Source: Pseudomonadota bacterium
GTDB taxonomy: Bacteria > Pseudomonadota > Alphaproteobacteria > Caulobacterales > Parvularculaceae
Length of the DNA stretch: 64,000 bases
NCBI GenBank assembly: GCA_039192395.1
Contig: JBCCXE010000008.1
Location: 8,689-72,688 of the forward strand
Direction of reading: 5' to 3'
Shown here: piece after piece, positions 37,595 through 45,143 of the stretch
How positions within the stretch are numbered: position 1 is the first letter of the stretch
Layout of the letters: the number at the start of each line of letters is the position of its first letter
Program-made: the position numbers and the translations under genes
Notes under the pieces: model-generated
Databases searched by the model: none
What the model was told of the DNA's origin: nothing
Seen by the model: the letters and a program-made list of their open reading frames with translations, nothing else

Positions 37595-39363
37595 GGCGCC
37601 GACGGCTCCAGATCGGCGCGCGCCTCCCGATAAGGCGCCGCGCCCATGAACGCCGAAAGCGCCACCGCCTCATTCACAGGCGTCAGGCCGAGGAGCGGCG
37701 CCGCGCGATTGACGAAGCGGGAAAAAGTCGGCGCGGCGTTCCACCCCGCGGTCGCATAACCATAGGTGCCTTCGCCGGGCTGGGGGTTGTCGAACGAAAT
37801 CAGGATCGCGTAGCGCGGCGCGTATCCCGGCGCGGCGCCGATAAAGCTCGCGATCCGCGCATTCCGATTATATCCGCCTGCGGACGGCTTGTCGGCCGTT
37901 GCCGATTTGCCGATCGGGAAATACCCTTGCGCCTCAGCTTTGCTCGCCGTGCCATCAATGACAACCCGGCGCAGAACGCGGCGCATAATGGCGCTGGTTT
38001 CTTCGGAAAAAACCATGTTTGACGCCCGCTCGTCGGACGCATCGCCGTCCACGGCAAGGAAACGCGGGGTGTGATACTCACCTCCATTCACAACCGCTGA
38101 AAACGCCGCCAGAAGGTGCAGCGGCGTCACCGAAATCCCATGCCCGTAGCTGACTGTCGCCGCCTCGACCGGCCCCCATTTATCGGGCGGTTGCGGCGAG
38201 CGATTTTCAGCCAGTTCGATGGGCAGGGCGTCCAAAAGGCCAAGCTCATCCAGATATTTCTTCTGGCGCGCAACGCCGAGATCGCCCGCCATCCGCGCGG
38301 CGCCAATATTCGACGAATGCTGAATAACTTCCGAAAACGTCAAAATGCGGTTCTCGCCATGAAAATCCGTGATGGTGCGGTCAGCAACTTTGAAAGGTTT
38401 GCGCGCGTCATATGTCGTGTCTTCGCGTGCAAGACCCGCTTCCAGCGCCGACGCGCCGACAAACGCTTTGAACGCCGAGCCAAGCTCATACCGGTCGTAG
38501 GTGGCGCGATTGCGGCGCGCATCCGGCGGCGCGGCGCCGGGCGCATTGGGATCGAAATCCGGCAGGCTTGCGAGCGCAATCACCTCGCCCGTCTCAACAT
38601 CCATCACCGCGCCCCAGGCTGCAAGCGCCTTGAATTGCGTCATGGTCGCCTGAAGTTCCTGCTCCAGCGCCTGCTGAACACGCACATCAATCGCCGCCCG
38701 CACAGGCGCGTCCGCCGTCGCTTTCGCCATCTCAGCGGTGATGTAGCGCTCAAGCCCCATGACGCCGCCCTTGCCGGCTTCGCTGTGGCCGACAACATGG
38801 GCGCCAAGATCGCCTTGCGGGTAAAACCGTTTGTTGCGCGTTGCGAACCGCACGCCCGGCTGACCGAGTGAGAAGATCGCGCGGCGCTCGAACGGCGTTA
38901 AATCGCTCGCAACCTCTACATACCGCCCGGCCCGCAACTTCTCCGCAAGCGCGGGCGCATCGATATCCGCCAGGACGCTCTTGACGGCGTTCGCCGTTTC
39001 ATCCGCATCCCACACATCGCGGCCGGCGATTTCAAGCGCCACCATCGGGATATCGGTTGCGAGGATCGCGCCGTTGCGGTCCACAAGCTCCGGGCGCGGC
39101 CCGCCATCTCGGCCCGCCGCCGCAAAGGCGCGCGCCGGCGCGACGTCGCCGAACGAAACATAGGCAAGCCGCACGCCAAGGGCGCCGAAAGTAAAGACGA
39201 ACGCCACAAGGCACATCAGGATACGCGCCCTCGCCCGCACGATCCGTCGCCGTTGCACGCTTGACGACGCGACCTGCTCGCGCGCGCCTTCGGGCTGCAC
39301 CGGTTGCGCACACGAAATCAGATAGGCGGTCGGCCGGACCTTGCGTCGTGTGCGAAAGAACAT
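37591..39363 (-). CDS. ftsI: Septal class B penicillin-binding protein PBP3
   Basis: TM, DRNG, RFYPQG, SAFK (SxxK), SSN (SxN); the third motif reads KSA instead of KTG. Confidence 0.93.
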   Translation of the reverse strand: MFFRTRRKVRPTAYLISCAQPVQPEGAREQVASSSVQRRRIVRARARILMCLVAFVFTFGALGVRLAYVSFGDVAPARAFAAAGRDGGPRPELVDRNGAILATDIPMVALEIAGRDVWDADETANAVKSVLADIDAPALAEKLRAGRYVEVASDLTPFERRAIFSLGQPGVRFATRNKRFYPQGDLGAHVVGHSEAGKGGVMGLERYITAEMAKATADAPVRAAIDVRVQQALEQELQATMTQFKALAAWGAVMDVETGEVIALASLPDFDPNAPGAAPPDARRNRATYDRYELGSAFKAFVGASALEAGLAREDTTYDARKPFKVADRTITDFHGENRILTFSEVIQHSSNIGAARMAGDLGVARQKKYLDELGLLDALPIELAENRSPQPPDKWGPVEAATVSYGHGISVTPLHLLAAFSAVVNGGEYHTPRFLAVDGDASDERASNMVFSEETSAIMRRVLRRVVIDGTASKAEAQGYFPIGKSATADKPSAGGYNRNARIASFIGAAPGYAPRYAILISFDNPQPGEGTYGYATAGWNAAPTFSRFVNRAAPLLGLTPVNEAVALSAFMGAAPYREARADLEPSAP

Positions 39364-39431
39364 TGTCGCCCTCTTCTTATCAATGCGTTACGCCGATAGA
39401 GTTCGTTTACCCATCGTGACAGCCGCGCGGG

Positions 39432-39809
39432 TTACTGCAGCGCCGCCGGCCCCGCCATGGCGAGCGCATGCAGGATCACATCGCTGTTTTCCGGCGTGCG
39501 GCGCGTTGGCGCCGACACTGCCGGCGCATCGCCGAAAGACGCGACAAACTCATCAGCGGTCATGATCTGGCGGCTCTCAGTCGGGCGCAATGCAGTCTTG
39601 GCGTCTGCGATTTTCGCCAGGCGTTCGGGATTTTCAAGATACGCCACTTCCGCACGCAGCATCTGAATAGCGCGCCTTTCCTTGACCATATCGGTCTCGA
39701 TTTCGCGGATATCGGAACGCGTATTGCGCACCTCCTCTTCCGCGCGGTACCGGCCGGCGGCGGCGACCGCCAGCAAAAGGCATAAGAAAATCGTTGTGAT
39801 GCGGATCAT
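39432..39809 (-). CDS. ftsL: Cell division protein FtsL
   Basis: Short TM plus coiled coil, LRAEVAYLENPERL; lies between rsmH and ftsI. Confidence 0.85.
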   Translation of the reverse strand: MIRITTIFLCLLLAVAAAGRYRAEEEVRNTRSDIREIETDMVKERRAIQMLRAEVAYLENPERLAKIADAKTALRPTESRQIMTADEFVASFGDAPAVSAPTRRTPENSDVILHALAMAGPAALQ

Positions 39810-39825
39810 CTAAAAAACTCCTCGA

Positions 39826-40818
39826 TTAATCTGATATTGAAACTGATACGGTGGGCAGACCCAAAAGCGCCCTGTCGAAAGAAACGAGCGGGTTCGCAGT
39901 GCGTATAGCCGCTCTTAACTTGGCCGACCGCGCGCGCGGATTGGCGGCGCACTCTTCTTCGCTCGGCGTTTTGGCGCCCCTCACAGGCAAAGAAAAAACC
40001 GGCGGCGCAATCTCGGTCGGCGGCGCGTGACGCGAGCCGTCGCTGCGCGTTGCAGAACGCACGGACAAAAAACGCTTGACGATGCGGTCTTCGAGAGAAT
40101 GGAATGAGACAACAACCATCCGCCCGCCGGCGCGCAAAAGACGCTCGCAAGCGCTCAACCCTTCCGCCAATTGCCCCAGCTCATCATTGACGAAAATGCG
40201 CAAGGCCTGAAAGACGCGCGTTGCGGGGTGGATCTTCTGGGCGCCGCGCGGCGGGTTCGCCTTTTCTACGATCGCCGCCAGCGCGCCCGTGGTTTCGATT
40301 GGTTCAACCTCTCGCGCCGCAACAATCGCACGGGCGATTTTTGCGGCGTTTTTCTCCTCGCCATAGGCTTTGAAAATCAACTTCAGGTCGTTGGCGGCGG
40401 CGTTCGCCACCACGTCCGATGCATCGGGCTTCCCGCCATCCATCCGCATGGAAAGCGGTCCGTCGAACCGGAACGAAAAACCGCGATCGGCTTCATCGAG
40501 CTGCATGGACGAAACGCCGAGATCGAACACAACGCCATCGATCTCCAGACCGTCATCGCCAAGCGCGTCCGCCATTTCCGCAAACGGACGGTTGATGAGG
40601 CGCAAGCGGTCGCCATAGTCGCGCGCCCAGGCAGCGGCTGCGGCGATGGCGCGCGGGTCACGATCAAAAGCAATCACGGTGCAGTTAGCGGCGCCGAGAA
40701 TAGCGCGCGTGTAACCGCCATCGCCAAGCGTTGCGTCCACATAAACGCCGCCGTCTTGCGGATCGAGCGCCGCAATGACTTCTTTCAGCATCACAGGAAG
40801 GTGCGCGGCTTTCTTCAT
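39826..40818 (-). CDS. rsmH: 16S rRNA m4C1402 methyltransferase
   Basis: HLPVML, DATLGDGGY, DLGVSSMQLD, FQALRIFVNDEL, FHSLEDRIVK, NPRARSAKLR. Confidence 0.97.
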   Translation of the reverse strand: MKKAAHLPVMLKEVIAALDPQDGGVYVDATLGDGGYTRAILGAANCTVIAFDRDPRAIAAAAAWARDYGDRLRLINRPFAEMADALGDDGLEIDGVVFDLGVSSMQLDEADRGFSFRFDGPLSMRMDGGKPDASDVVANAAANDLKLIFKAYGEEKNAAKIARAIVAAREVEPIETTGALAAIVEKANPPRGAQKIHPATRVFQALRIFVNDELGQLAEGLSACERLLRAGGRMVVVSFHSLEDRIVKRFLSVRSATRSDGSRHAPPTEIAPPVFSLPVRGAKTPSEEECAANPRARSAKLRAAIRTANPLVSFDRALLGLPTVSVSISD

Positions 40819-41297
40819 GGCGCGCCATCCGCAGCTGGCGGGTTGCGCAGCGTGAGCTTTGCGTCGCCGGCGACTTTCTTCGCTTCAGCAAGAACATCCG
40901 TGAACGTTTCCGGATCCCAGATCTGAAACGACCGGACATGGCCGGCGAACATCGCGCGGCCGTTCAGGTTGGCGTGCGCGCGCAATTCGTCGGTCAGGAC
41001 GATGCGCCCTTCCTTGTCGACCGACAAGGGCGTCATCTGCGCCGCCAGCGCGCGCTCAAGATTGACGCGCTTGGGATCATAAGGCGGCAACTGATCGATC
41101 ATCGCCATGAGGTGATCGACATACTCAATGCCCCCACATTCGATGCAGGGTTCGTCAGCAGAGGGAATGCAATAGACCACCGCGTCGCGCTCAAGGTTCA
41201 TGGCGCGCCGAAACGGCGCCGGTGTTGCGAGCCGGCCTTTTGCATCGATTTTGTTGGTGTACGACCCGAAAAAACGGGCCTCGACCCCGCGTCGCAT
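40815..41297 (-). CDS. mraZ: Transcriptional repressor MraZ
   Basis: Two DxxGR motifs (IDAKGRL, VDKEGRI), FQIW; first gene of the dcw cluster. Confidence 0.92.
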   Translation of the reverse strand: MRRGVEARFFGSYTNKIDAKGRLATPAPFRRAMNLERDAVVYCIPSADEPCIECGGIEYVDHLMAMIDQLPPYDPKRVNLERALAAQMTPLSVDKEGRIVLTDELRAHANLNGRAMFAGHVRSFQIWDPETFTDVLAEAKKVAGDAKLTLRNPPAADGAP

Positions 41298-41377
41298 GCC
41301 GACTTCCTTCCCAAACGAAGCGCTGAAACAGCACCCTCGCCGCCCTTGTTCACAAAACCTTTTACCCAGGTAAATTT

Positions 41378-41411
41378 TGGGTTAATATGGAATTACATGG
41401 AAATTTATGGG
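41378..41411. promoter_or_regulatory. MraZ operator-like direct repeats overlapping the probable mraZ promoter
   Basis: TGGG/TGGA at 41378, 41388, 41398 and 41408 (10-bp period); minus-strand TTGACC -35 at 41413-41418. Confidence 0.7.
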
Positions 41412-41462
41412 CGGTCAAAGGGTCTTTATGGAATTTTGGGAAGTTTTTTGCGAAGCATTCCG

Positions 41463-41478
41463 GAACAGAAACGGAACA
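41463..41478. promoter_or_regulatory. Alphaproteobacterial SOS (LexA) box
   Basis: GAACA-GAAACG-GAACA, i.e. GAAC-N7-GAAC (GTTC-N7-GTTC on the minus strand). Confidence 0.55.
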
Positions 41479-41550
41479 TCTTGACGCCTGCGAATCACTA
41501 TCGCGGCGCAATCCTTTACGAGTGGTAAACGTCGGAGGTGTGCGGGGCCG

Positions 41551-41928
41551 CTACCGCCGGGCGGAACGGACCGGCGACAGGTTCGGAGCGGACGTCGGCA
41601 AGGAAGGCCGGTCCCCTTCGGCGCCGACGAGCCCTTCCAGTTTCTCGACTTCGGCAAGGGCTTCCTCTATCGCAGCCCGAGCACTGGCTTCCGCGTCTTC
41701 CAGCGTGGCGAGATTGGCGATGAGATAAAGTCGGCGATTGCGCGCCTCATCGTCGGCATGCGGCGCATCATCGACGCCGGCGAGGCTTGCCCGTGCAGCC
41801 GCCCGCGCACGCGCGATGTCGGCGAGGTCTTCCTGCAACACTGCCGCATTGCGTTTTGCAATGCGCAACAGCGCAGAAACGTGACCAGAAACATGACCCG
41901 TGTCGTTCAAATGCTCGCCGCCAGACAT
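41551..41928 (-). CDS. Degenerate FliJ-like coiled-coil protein
   Basis: Start at MSGGEHL with a GGGAGA RBS. The segments ALLRIAKRN..LQEDLADI and AEASARAAIEEALAEVEKLE resemble alphaproteobacterial FliJ (recalled, not searched). Divergent from ctrA, like fliI-fliJ in Caulobacter. Confidence 0.55.
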   Translation of the reverse strand: MSGGEHLNDTGHVSGHVSALLRIAKRNAAVLQEDLADIARARAAARASLAGVDDAPHADDEARNRRLYLIANLATLEDAEASARAAIEEALAEVEKLEGLVGAEGDRPSLPTSAPNLSPVRSARR

Positions 41929-42409
41929 AAAACTTCTCCCCTCGGCGCAGATATCGTCCAAACCACGCCTGCAATTCCCCTTCCCCGTTTCGGCGCCGAC
42001 ATAAGGGGCGAACGGATCATTTAAAGGTCGCAACAGGCTTTTCCCGGCGCGCATAAACAAAGCGCCAGACCATACCGGGTTAACGCCGCGCAAGACGCCG
42101 TTCCGGTACGAAGAGATATTAACAACACCGGGTTTAAGCAGCCGTAAACTGATGAACGCCTTTAACGATAAAAAAAATAAACTGCTTAATGACAAGCGCC
42201 GCAAATCAAGCAATGACGGGATCTGGCAGGTAAGAAGTCTTTTTGCTGACTTAATACGATCGTGCAAAAAGTGAAAAACGGCGTTTTGCGTTAACCTTTA
42301 TGAAAGCAAATCAACGTTAGCATTGATGCACAAAATAAGATTGCGCTGATAAGTTCCGAGGGGATTGTTTCTTAAAGAAACAGGCGCGCCGAATTTAAGG
42401 AGACGAACA

Positions 42410-43111
42410 ATGCGGGTTCTGCTGATCGAGGACGATGGCGCGACCGCCCAGAGCATCGAGCTCATGCTGAAATCGGACGGCTTTAATGTCTACACAACCG
42501 ATCTCGGCGAAGAAGGCGTCGATCTCGGCAAAGTCTACGACTACGACATTATCCTTCTCGACTTGAACCTGCCGGACATGACAGGTTTTGACGTGTTGAA
42601 GTCTTTGCGTATTTCCAAGGTCAACACGCCGATCCTGATCCTCACCGGCCAGGGCGACATCGAAACGAAAGTGCGCGGACTTGGTTTCGGCGCCGACGAC
42701 TATATGACCAAGCCGTTCCACAAGGACGAGCTTGTGGCGCGGATCCACGCGATCGTGCGCCGCTCCAAAGGCCATTCCCAATCGGTCATCACGACCGGTT
42801 CGCTTACGGTCAACCTCGACGCAAAGACTGTCGAGGTTTCCGGTCAGCGCGTCCACCTGACCGGCAAGGAATATCAGATGCTCGAACTCCTTTCGCTGCG
42901 CAAAGGAACGACGCTCACCAAAGAGATGTTCCTCAACCATCTCTATGGCGGTATGGACGAGCCGGAACTCAAGATTATCGACGTGTTCATCTGTAAGCTG
43001 CGTAAAAAACTCGCCGCCGCCACACAGGGCGAACACTATATCGAAACAGTATGGGGACGCGGTTATGTGCTGCGCGACCCGGCGGAAGAGAAAGCCGCTT
43101 CCGTCGCCTAG
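42410..43111 (+). CDS. ctrA: Cell-cycle master response regulator CtrA
   Basis: [63 protein letters not shown]; AAGGAG RBS. Confidence 0.98.
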   Translation: MRVLLIEDDGATAQSIELMLKSDGFNVYTTDLGEEGVDLGKVYDYDIILLDLNLPDMTGFDVLKSLRISKVNTPILILTGQGDIETKVRGLGFGADDYMTKPFHKDELVARIHAIVRRSKGHSQSVITTGSLTVNLDAKTVEVSGQRVHLTGKEYQMLELLSLRKGTTLTKEMFLNHLYGGMDEPELKIIDVFICKLRKKLAAATQGEHYIETVWGRGYVLRDPAEEKAASVA

Positions 43112-43222
43112 ATCGGGCGTGCGTGCGCCGGCGTATTCGAAATACCTGTAACTGCTTTTTCGTCCGACGCGCCAAAGACAACGTTTCAATAAAAATAACT
43201 TACTTGCACCAACTCCTAAAAC

Positions 43223-43250
43223 GCCCCGGGTCTTCCCGGGGCTTTTTTTT
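43223..43250 (+). terminator. Intrinsic terminator downstream of ctrA
   Basis: GCCCCGGG-TCTT-CCCGGGGC followed by T8. Confidence 0.9.
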
Positions 43251-43454
43251 GCGTTCGATGCGCACCTCAATGAATGGGCCATAGCGGGGCCGAACGAGAA
43301 CAATTATCAACGACAATGATTGCAGGTCGTTATCGATTGGCGCTGACAGCAAGCGCAAACCACTTTTGCGGCGCCCCAATCACACCCTTGCAACTATATG
43401 CATACGTTGAGGTTCAAGCGGCTTTGTCCTAACATGCCCGCGGGAGAGAACCGC

Positions 43455-44117
43455 ATGGGCCAGACGCAAACGATCCGCGTCTTAATTACTGGTGAAAGCA
43501 ACACAGCGCGCGAAACGTTGCGCCTGTTGCTGAACGATATTCAGTCCATCGATATCATCGAAGAAGCGAGCGACGCCGCGGGCGCCATCGCGCGCGCGAG
43601 CCTGTCGGCGCCGGATATTATTCTTGCGGCGAGCAACTGGCCCGACCGAAGCGGCGCCGACGCGGCCGCCAGCATCAAACGCATCGGGCTGAAATCCAAG
43701 GTCGTCATCATGGCCGAAGATATGGGCGACGCCCGCGCCGTCAACACAGCGTTCGAAGCGGGCGTTATGGGGTATGCCCCGCTTGATACGCCGCCAGATT
43801 TCCTCGGCCCGGTTCTGGAAAGGGTCCATGGCGGCGCGCCGGTTTTTCACCGGACGGCGCAGCAACTCCTTGACGGACGCGCCAACGCGCAAAAGACAGC
43901 CCGCGAAGATTTAACGCCTCGCGAAGTCGATATTTTGAAGGAAGTCGCACGCGGCAAAAGCAACAAAACCATCGCCGACGACCTTTCCCTGACCGAAGGC
44001 ACGGTGAAGGGCTATGTCAGCGTGATCCTGTCGAAACTCGGCGTCTCGGACCGTACGCAAGCGGCGCTCTACGCCGTCAAATGCGATTTCGTCGATAACT
44101 GGACCGACGACGCTTAA
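43455..44117 (+). CDS. NarL/LuxR-family regulator with a degenerate (pseudo-)receiver domain
   Basis: Intact HTH LTPREVDIL..GKSNKTIA..TVKGYVS..SKLGVSDRTQAALYA; receiver lacks the acidic pocket, the phospho-Asp and the Lys; GGGAGA RBS. Confidence 0.88.
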   Translation: MGQTQTIRVLITGESNTARETLRLLLNDIQSIDIIEEASDAAGAIARASLSAPDIILAASNWPDRSGADAAASIKRIGLKSKVVIMAEDMGDARAVNTAFEAGVMGYAPLDTPPDFLGPVLERVHGGAPVFHRTAQQLLDGRANAQKTAREDLTPREVDILKEVARGKSNKTIADDLSLTEGTVKGYVSVILSKLGVSDRTQAALYAVKCDFVDNWTDDA

Positions 44118-44208
44118 GGCATTTACGTTTTAAGGGGCGACTTCACTTCATATTCTATACTTCTGGCGTCGCTGGCCGCGAGTGTCGGCATTTTTAAGCA
44201 AGTGAATT

Positions 44209-44913
44209 GTGATGTTGTTTGTTGTCCTCCCAGGGATGAATGGCACGGACCACCTGTTGGCCGAATTTGTGCGGCAGCGTCCGACCAAACACGACGCGAC
44301 GGTGATTACCTATCCCGCCGACGTCACGTACTCATATGGCGAACTCACCAGATGGCTTCGCGACCGTTTGCCGACTGCTGAACCCTACTTTCTGATTACG
44401 GAATCATTTAGCGGACCTATCGCGATCCAAATAGCTTCAAAAAGTCTCCCAAATCTTTGCGGCATTATCTTTATCGCGTCATTCGCGGCGTCGCCGCGGC
44501 CATTCCTAAGTCGATTTAAAAAAGCCGCCGGCGTATTGAGCTTCTTTTCGATGGTGAGCCCGAGCCTGCTCAAACCGTTTTTGACCGGCATACATCCGCC
44601 TCAATGGTTTAACGCCGCTTTTGTCGATGCCATGAAAACGGTCGGCAAAGATGTAATGACTAACCGAATTGAGGAAGCGCTTTCAGTTGATGAAACGAAG
44701 ACTTTTAAAAAACTATCGCTGCCAATGATCTACATCCGAGCGTCGCACGACAAACTGGTGCCGGCCAACACCGCAAAAAGAATGGCCGCAATAAACCACC
44801 ACCTTCTATTGACTGAAATCAAGGGCCCGCATTTTCTGCTTCAATGCGCGCCCGACACCGCGTGGCGAAAAATTGATGAGTTCGTTGGCGAACTAACACG
44901 ACAAAATAAGTGA
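44209..44913 (+). CDS. Alpha/beta fold hydrolase
   Basis: LPGMNGT, nucleophile elbow ESFSG, DKLVP, GPHFLLQ. Confidence 0.85.
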   Translation: MMLFVVLPGMNGTDHLLAEFVRQRPTKHDATVITYPADVTYSYGELTRWLRDRLPTAEPYFLITESFSGPIAIQIASKSLPNLCGIIFIASFAASPRPFLSRFKKAAGVLSFFSMVSPSLLKPFLTGIHPPQWFNAAFVDAMKTVGKDVMTNRIEEALSVDETKTFKKLSLPMIYIRASHDKLVPANTAKRMAAINHHLLLTEIKGPHFLLQCAPDTAWRKIDEFVGELTRQNK

Positions 44914-44945
44914 CCTGCAATCGGGCGCGCAGGACAAAAAAGGCA

Positions 44946-44973
44946 AAGGCGCGCAAAGCGCGCCTTCTTTTTT
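44946..44973 (+). terminator. Intrinsic terminator, probably bidirectional
   Basis: AAGGCGCGC-AAA-GCGCGCCTT with a T-tract on one side and an A-tract on the other; lies between convergent genes. Confidence 0.8.
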
Positions 44974-45040
44974 ATTTCTGGTTTCCTGCTTTCGCAGGAA
45001 TTAACGAATTTTCTGACTATGCGATACGATATCGCGATTT

Positions 45041-45143
45041 GAGCCGTTTGAATTCTTTATGAGTTATGCAAACGGCTCTAAGCATTTGATTGCGCGAGTT
45101 GCGATGCAAAATCGGTGAACCACTTTTGCTGCAACCCGCTCTA
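45041..45143. repeat. Two-hairpin palindromic intergenic element (RIME/REP-like)
   Basis: GAGCCGTTTG..CAAACGGCTC and GTTGC..GCAAAA..TTTTGC..GCAAC; the minus strand reads TAGAGC..CAAAAGTGG..TTAGAGC; same architecture as the unit at 58818-58978. Confidence 0.65.

Noticed and set aside
41378-41440. Short periodic repeats as a CRISPR array or iterons
   Set aside because: The 10-bp period and 4-bp core fit an MraZ operator, and there are no spacers, cas genes or rep genes.
41298-41550. Possible rnpB (RNase P RNA), often found upstream of mraZ
   Set aside because: No GAGGAAAGTCC signature on either strand, and the space is too short.
41538-41723. 61-aa plus-strand ORF downstream of the SOS box and TTGACG
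   Set aside because: The GGAGG overlaps the start codon rather than preceding it, the ORF is antisense to the fliJ-like gene, and it has no recognisable features.
41929-42267. N-terminal 113 codons of the 238-aa ORF 41551..42267
   Set aside because: They run through the AT-rich ctrA promoter. A good RBS supports the start at 41928 instead.
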